Assembly (NCBI GenBank): GCA_964016885.1
Contig: OZ024745.1
Span: 101,308,001-101,372,000 of the forward strand
Origin: Eledone cirrhosa
Lineage: Eukaryota
Direction: 5' to 3'
DNA: 64,000 bases
Within the stretch, counting starts at the first letter, position 1; each line of letters starts with the position of its first letter. The translations under genes were made by a program, and so were the position numbers. A model generated the notes under the pieces. That model saw only the letters and a list, made by a program, of their open reading frames with translations, made no database searches and was not told the origin of the DNA. Of this stretch, positions 55,498 to 64,000 are shown piece by piece.

Positions 55498-58400
55498 AGG
55501 GGTCGAGAAAATAAAGCACCAGTAACGTACTGGTGTCGATTTAATCCCATTCAAATTGGTAGCCTTGTGCCTATAGTAGAGATCAGTGGATTGGCAGTAT
55601 CGGTAGAGGGTCGGATGCCATGCTTTCCAGCATAGTTACGTCCCTTAACGATCTGAGTTCAAATCCCGCCGAGGTTGACTTTGCCTTTCATCCTTACGGG
55701 GGTCGATAAAATAAAGTACCAGTAATGCACTGGGTAATTGCTGGCCTTGTGCCAACAGTAGAAACAATTATTACTATTATTATTAACTTTCGATAAAATA
55801 AAGTACCAGTAATGCACTGAGGCGATTGCTGGCCTTGTGCCAAAAGTAGAAACAATTATTGTTAGTAGTAGTAGTAGTAATAATAGTATTCATCAAATCG
55901 CATTCCAATTTCACAGTTAGCCGTAAATCAAATTACATTGTCATCCTTCACTAAACTTAAAACTTCGTAAATGAGACGATAGTATGAGATAAATATTTAA
56001 TTTGTTTGCTATTGATGTGATACTTGTTCTTAAATATACTTGAATAACACACGTGCCTTATTCCTACATAACTAGGAAGTTAACATATATGTACGTGAAC
56101 AAATGATTGGGTGTATAATACTCAATACAAATTTCATTTGAAAGCACTCAAAGAATGTGTTGGATGCTGTGTATGTGAGAAGGTGAAAAATAAATTAAAG
56201 AGAAAAAAGTTACGTTAAACCATGATATGCATACATAGCATTTTGATAAAGAAACAAGTAGAGAATCTGATCAAAGTTAAATTAAATCACAATAGTTATT
56301 TGTATTGATGGGGAAAGAAATTACTTAGTTTAAAATGAAAGGTTTCCAGCTCCCTGAAGATTGATGGAAATTAAAATTAAGCTATGGGAAATTCTCTTTT
56401 AAAAGGAAATACAATCATTAGATGAATATTTACAAAGAAAATTGCCTTCTTTAGAGTCGTAGTAAATAAAGTATTGAATGTTCAAGTCATTTGAAGGTGA
56501 AATATTTATCTGATTTAGTAAAAGACCGATGGTTTGTGTTAATTTTCTCCTTCGCTTAAAAATGCTGTTGAAAAACTTTAAATGTATAGATTGTATGGTG
56601 TGAGGATTGTAAGTCAAGAGAATTCGCTTATATTTGTTCATTCATTTGTTTTGTTAAAAATTGTTTCTACGTTTGGCACAAGGCCAACAATTTTTGAGGG
56701 AGGTGATAGTCGATTAAATCGACCTTCAGTGCGTTACTGGTACTAGATTTTATCGACCGCGTAAGGAAGAAAGGCAAAGCTAACCTCGGCAGGATTTGAA
56801 CTTAGAACGTTAAAGAGCCGTAACTATATACCGTAAAACATTTTCTCCGACCCTCTACCGATCCACCACCCTTGTATTGTTAATAATGGCTTCTTATATA
56901 GACACAAAGTCAACAATTTTGGGGGAGGGGAAAGTCGATTAAATCGACCCCAGTGCATTACTGGGACTTTATTTTATCGACCCTGTAAGGATGAAAGGCA
57001 AAGTTAACCTCGGCGGGATTTGAGCTCAGATCATAAAGAGGCGTAACTCTATACTGCAAAGCATGACATCCGACCCTCTACCGACACTGCCAATCCACTA
57101 CCCTTGTATTGTTAATAATTGTTTCTACTTTTGGCACAAGGCCAGCAATTACCCAGTGCATTACTGGTACTTTATTTCATCGACCCCGTAAGGATGAAAG
57201 GAAAAGTTAACCTCGACGGGATTTGAACTCAGACCGTAAAAGTACGTAACTATGCTGGAAAGCATGGCGTCCGACCCTCTGCCACCCTTTAAAAAGTAGA
57301 AGAATAGAAATTTTAGAAAGGCGGAAAAGTGCCATGCACCATTTACTTATGTCCTTTATATACTGAGTTAGAATCCAGCTGAAGTTCAGTTTGTTTCTCA
57401 TCCTTCTGTGATCGGGGTTTAGATCCACTGTTGTTTCCTCCAAAATGTGTGGAATTGTGCCTATGTAAATAAACATCCATGATAAATACATTCCTTGCTC
57501 TGTGTTGTATCTAACGGATAAATAGCGGAATCGGTTGAGCGTCGGACAAAATACCTTGTTATTGATAAAATAAATTTTCCAATCAGCTGTTATCGATCCA
57601 CTGCACGTTATTATCGACTTGCTGGTTGTATGATTATCTGTTCAAGGTGAACGATTCCAAGTTGGATGGGTTGCTCTCGTGGTCGAGAGCCAAGGCCTTG
57701 TCACTAACAGTCAAATACCAGTCGATAAACTGGTATGAGTATTAGCCACTATACCATAGAAAGGGATATACGTAAAAAGAATGAAAGAATTTTTTTGTCA
57801 CCTTCTTTAATATTCTTTGAATCTTTTCTTCATTCTATTATTTTATTACTTTTCGTCTTTTTACAATAAAAACTTAACTGACTGTTGCTTTAGGGCATTG
57901 TTTCGAAACTTTATCTGTATTTCCCTCCTGTTCATTATCTTGTTTCACCACCTCGCACGATAAGAAAAGAAGTAGTCTTGTGGCAGTATCGGTAGAGGGT
58001 CGGACGCCATGCTTTCCAGCATAGTTACGTCCCTTTACGATCTGAGTTCAAATCCCGCCGAGGTTGACTTTGCCTTTCATCCTTACGGGGTCGATAAAAT
58101 AAAGTACCAGTAACGCACTGGGTAATTGCTGGCCTTGTGCCTAAAGTAGAAACAATTATTACGAAGGGAGGGGGATTGGCAGTGTCGGTAGCCGGTCGGA
58201 CGCCATGCTTTGACGCATAGAGTTACGGCCCTTGCCATTCTGAGTTCAAATCCCGCCGAGGTTAATTTTGCCTTTCATCCTTACGGGGTCGATAAAAGAA
58301 AGTACCAGTAATGTACTGGTATAATTGCTGGTCTTGTGCCAAAAGTAGAAACAATTATTACAAACATCGAGGGCGGTGAACTGGCTGTATTGGGCACAAC

Positions 58401-58742
58401 ATGCTTTTCGGCTTGTAGTTTTCTCTTTAGGTTCTGAGTTCAAATCCAATCGCGGTTAGCTTTGACATTCAGCTTTACGGGGTCGATAAAATAAAGTATT
58501 AGTAATGAACTGAGGTCGATTTAATCGACTTTTCCCTCCAGAAAAGTGGTTGGCCTTGTGCCTAAACCTGACACTATTATTACATAACATGCTTTGACGT
58601 ATAGAGTTACGGCCCTTGCCATTTTGAGTTCAAATCCCGCCGAGGTTAACTTTGCCTTTCATCCTTACGGAGTCGATAAAATAAAGTACCAGTAATGCAC
58701 TGGGTAATTGCTGGCCTTGTGCCTAACGTAGAAACAATTATT
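55498..58742. mobile_element. SINE-dense zone: plus cluster 55498-55860, minus trimer 56658-57282, plus tetramer 57980-58742
   Basis: Family consensus; repeated linkers ccttgtattgttaataat and attattacataacat. Confidence 0.85.
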
Positions 58743-59624
58743 ACATAACATTAGAAGTCATACATCAATTTTACAATATCATCATCATCATCCTTAAAAT
58801 CTACGAAAAGGAAAATATATCTAGTAAAAACAGTGCAAAAAATTATTTAAAAAATTCTCCTACTGGAACACCAGATTTTCCCGTGGTTAAGGATTGTGAC
58901 TTTAAAGAACCGTATTTAGTGCTATTAATAACTTCTGGACAAAAAGCACAGGGAATTCATCGTTCATTCAAATAATTTATATTTGTTGGTGTCTGATTTG
59001 ACTGCGTTTAGCTATAGGCATACATATGATCAAATAATTTAAGCCGTAACCATCCGTCTTTTTGTATACTTGGCTAATATTTTTTCCTCACCATATGAGC
59101 TTAAATGTCACCCGAATTAAATATGTTAAAACTAAATATACTTTACAGTCAATACCAGAGACTGTCCCAAGTTTCCTGGTATCGACGGAATTGATCCCAG
59201 TGCAACGACAACAAAGTTGCTTACTGGAAAAGGAAATACGAAATTAACAGGGAAAGTTAAGAAAAAAAATAATAATTAGCATTAGCCTGGCAGATACCCA
59301 ATTTCATAAATAAAATCAGGATAACATTTTTTAGCCATTCTTTGTGCAAGAAAGGAGGTCTTTTATGCCATCAAATGCGCTATCTAATTTCGGGTTTCTC
59401 GTACGGAATTGAGTAAACAACATTGCTGTCACTCCATGCAAATGAAGCAAGACTTAAAGCAGAACAATTAAGGATTACAGAAAAGAGAGAAATAAAACCT
59501 GTTATTTTGATGGCTGCTACAATAGTGCTATTAAGTACGCGTGTTTTGCCCTGCAATTTATAAGCAGTATCAGGAAAAGAGGTCGATAAAATTTCATTAT
59601 TACTGTTTTAATTCTTCACATAAA

Positions 59625-59820
59625 ATAATTGTTTCTACTTTAGGCACAAGGCCAGCAATTTGAAGGTGGGGGGGGGGGGGTCGAGTAAATCGATCCCAGT
59701 ACTCACTGGTGCTTTATTTTATCGACACCGTAAGGATAAAAAGCAAAGCTAACCTCAGCAGGATTTGAACTCAGAACATAAAGGGCCGTAACTCTCTGCT
59801 GCGAAGCAGGGTGTCCGACA
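59625..59820 (-). mobile_element. tRNA-derived SINE copy
   Basis: Family consensus. Confidence 0.8.
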
Positions 59821-59948
59821 ATCATTAGGGGCAAATACACGCGCAATAATACTGAGCAAAAGTAGTTTCAGTTCTGCCTCCATAAATCTATGTTAAGCTC
59901 ATTGCGAGGCATCACTCACGCACATTTGATTAATTACGTTAGCGTTAG

Positions 59949-59977
<29 letters not shown>

Positions 59978-59983
<6 letters not shown>

Positions 59984-60350
59984 GATATTAATAAATGGAA
60001 ACTATATTTATAAAACCATATTTATTTCATTATACATATTTCAGGGATACCAAATTAAATTATGGTATGCCTTCATCAGACAAAATACAATATATAACAG
60101 TTTTACAAATAAGCTTTGACGTACCCTATTAAAATGCAACCATTATTTTTGGAAGCCATCCGGAAGGCATACCATAATTTAATTTGGTATCCCTAAAATA
60201 TGTATAATGAAATAAATATGGTTTTATAAATATAGTTTCCATTTATTAATATCGTATATCTACTCCAAATACTTGTCGAGTGCTTTATATCAGTTATAAA
60301 AATATTTACTTGTTGTATCCCAACAATTTTAAATAGAACTTTTGCATATA
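59978..60350. mobile_element. Family A-related fold-back between (TA)n tracts
   Basis: 59980-60074 is the rc of 60163-60258; tail ttgtcgagtg shared with family A. Confidence 0.8.
60023..60087 (-). ncRNA. Type I hammerhead motif (family A-related, covarying stems)
   Basis: rc: UAUUUUGU-CUGAUGA-AGGcAUACCA..UGGUAUcCCU-GAAA-UAUGUA-UA^-AUGAAAUA. Confidence 0.78.
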
Positions 60351-61116
60351 TATATATATATGTAGAGATAAATCTTTGTCGTTCTATTTAGTTGCTAAAA
60401 ATCTTTTTTAGTAGCGATCATAGACGGCTAGTCTACGATTTCCCGCCTTCACTATACACCAATGTATTTACGGGTCACTTTCACGACCTTTCAGACCTGT
60501 ATTAGTTGGAGTGAGGTCATATATTTTGTCGTTCCTGGGGGTTTTAACCCTAGGACAGGAAAATGCTTCTCTGATGATCGTTGCTTTTCCATTAATATCC
60601 TCGTGATATTAAATATTTTGCACCGTGAAACTGTACAGTTAGGGCCATTTGAATAGGTAAATATTTATATTATATTTTTTAATTTTGATTAATTTTAATT
60701 GTATATTAATTTTGATTTATTTTGAAAAATTGGTTGAATTTTACTTGTTCTGCTTATCTTGATATATATATATATATATATATAAAATATTAAAAAAATA
60801 ATGAATAAAACAATGAAACAGTTCCTTATATTAAACAAAAAAAGTTCATTATTTAACGATCGTTTCTAGGATATATATGTGTTAGAATTGGCATGCATAT
60901 TCAACAGATCTATGTACAAAATTATACAAAATTATACAAACTATCAAAATTAATATATATGCCCTCTTTCACCGAAAGTGATTTATCTTTCACCGAAAGT
61001 GATTTTTCTTTCACCGAAAGTGATTTTTCATTGCATCTCTTCTTTCCATGATATCCGGATTACATTGAGTTCTTCATACGGATTGGACACTACCGTAAAC
61101 TCTTGGTAGATTTATC

Positions 61117-61160
<44 letters not shown>

Positions 61161-61332
61161 GTAGTCAAGTATGAAATTTGTAGAAATTTGTTTTTTTTCT
61201 ATAACTTTCTCCAAATTTCATACTTGACGATCCAATATATTGAACTTGAAAGGCAGCTGAAATTGAGCCTGTCTAACGTGAAAATTAGTAACCATTTACC
61301 GAATTATACGCTGAATACCATACATTAAATTA

Positions 61333-61788
61333 GGTGGATTGGCAGTATCGGTAGAGGGTCGGACGCCATGCTTTCCAGCATAGTTACGTCCCTTTACGAT
61401 CTGAGTTCAAATCCCGCCGAGGTTGACTTTGCCTTTCATCCTTACGGGGTCGATAAAATAATGTACCAGTAATGCACTGGGTAATTGCTGGCCTTGTGCC
61501 TAAAGTAGAAACAATTAAATTAGCATTTTATGAGTTGGAAATTATTTCTTTTTTATATTAAATAATTGATATTCATAGTTTCAATCTGTGTAGGTACTAC
61601 GTAATTGTTTCTACTTTAGGCACAAGGCCAGCAAAAACCCAGTGCATTACTGGTACTTTATTTTATCGACCCCGTAAGGATGAAAACAAAGTCAACCTCG
61701 GCAGGATTTGAACACAGATCGTAAAGGGACGTAAACTATGCTGGAAAGCATGGCGTCCGACCCTCTACCGATACTGCCAATCCACCAC
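61333..61788. mobile_element. Two SINEs tail to tail (+ 61333-61517, - 61602-61788)
   Basis: Family consensus; TSD gtgtaggtactac(g/a)taat around the second copy. Confidence 0.88.
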
Positions 61789-61849
61789 CCTAGTGTAGGT
61801 ACTACATAATATCTTCTTTTGCGTATGTTTGTAGATAGTTGTGTGCGTG

Positions 61850-62755
<906 letters not shown>

Positions 62756-62994
62756 ATATATATATATATATATATATAGGTAAGTATGTATGTATACGTA
62801 CATACATATATGTATACAGACGTACAGTAGTATGTATATATTTACATACATGCACACATATATACATGCACGTATCGGTTTACCGAACATTTATTATAAT
62901 GCTCGGTTTGTTTGTTTGTAAACAAACAGCTCGAATTACGCCGTACAGTGTTTAGGCAACCACGTCACCTTTTTGTTCAACACTGACACAGGAA

Positions 62995-63035
62995 CGATGT
63001 ACTAGTTTCAAGCTTATTAGCTATCGTCAGCATCA
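62995..63035 (-). ncRNA. Type I hammerhead motif (family B)
   Basis: rc: UGAUG-CUGACGA-UAGCU aaua AGCUU-GAAA-CUAG-UA^-CAUCG. Confidence 0.75.
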
Positions 63036-63508
63036 TATACCTTCCTGCCAGATGGTTGAACGTCTGAAAGTATATACTTTCCTTATGCATATTAACGGCT
63101 GAGCAGCCTAATTTGCATATCGAGTGAGTTCAGTCGGCCGGGCAAACCGAACGGCGTAATCCGGGCTGTTTGTTTGTTTGTTTGTTTACAAACAAACAAA
63201 CCGAGAATTATAATAACTGTTCGGTAAACCGATACGTGCATATATATGTGTGCATGTATGTATATATATACATACTACTGTACGTCTGTATACATATATG
63301 TATGTACGTATACATACATACTTACATTTAAGTAAGTGCCGTACTAAGAGTGAGAAATGAAATTTCGTTTCATTCTATTCCATTTATCGTTTTCCGGTGT
63401 GCCCGGCCGACTGAACTCACTCGATATGCAAATTAGGCTGCTCAGCCGTTAATATGCATAAGGAAAGTATATACTTACAGACGTTCAATCATCTGGCAGG
63501 AAGGTATA

Positions 63509-63549
63509 CGGTGCTGACGATAGCTAATAAGCTTGAAACTAGTACATCG
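63509..63549 (+). ncRNA. Type I hammerhead motif (family B)
   Basis: CGGUG-CUGACGA-UAGCU aaua AGCUU-GAAA-CUAG-UA^-CAUCG. Confidence 0.78.
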
Positions 63550-63863
63550 TTCCTGTGTCAGTGTTGAACAAAAGGGCAACGATGGTTGCTAGACACTTCG
63601 GCTTAATTCGGGATGTTTGTTTACAAACAAACCGAGCATTATAATAAATGTTCGGTAAACCCATACGTATATATATATATGTGTGTGCATGTATGTATAT
63701 ACATACTACTTTACGTCTGTATACATATATGTATGTACGTATACATATTTATATTTAGGTATCAGCCGTACTAAGAGTGAGAAATGAAATTTCGTTTCAT
63801 TTTTTCCATTTATATATATATATTATATATATATATATTATATATATATATTATATATATATA

Positions 63864-63963
<100 letters not shown>

Positions 63964-64000
63964 TAATATATATATATTATATATTATATATATATTATAT

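Larger units (their letters stand above)
62780..63810. mobile_element. Family B composite: minus unit, plus partial unit, plus full unit, then (TA)n
   Basis: 62780-63148 (-), 63151-63385 (+ 3' part), 63386-63810 (+ full). Confidence 0.8.

Overview
This is AT-rich eukaryotic DNA saturated with microsatellites. The SINE family and (TA)n density suggest a cephalopod, probably octopus (inference). Nearly all ORFs in the track are translated microsatellites or transposon remnants. Recognisable mobile DNA includes: about 30 copies of one tRNA-derived SINE; a 5'-truncated L1/Tx1 LINE plus three 3' tails; RTE and CRE-type fragments; an internally deleted mariner; a solo LTR; hAT-type MITEs; Helitrons; and Penelope-like (PLE) remnants. 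The main hidden signal is roughly 15-18 type I hammerhead ribozyme motifs from at least 7 families. They sit in short fold-back or tandem elements embedded in (TA)n tracts, resembling PLE pLTRs or retrozymes. One carries a compensatory U3-A8 core, and one subfamily keeps a C.C mismatch in stem II. Six short, phase-compatible + strand exons (18135-50382) splice into the 3' end of an unidentified host gene, so most of these elements are probably intronic. All folds and alignments were done by eye.
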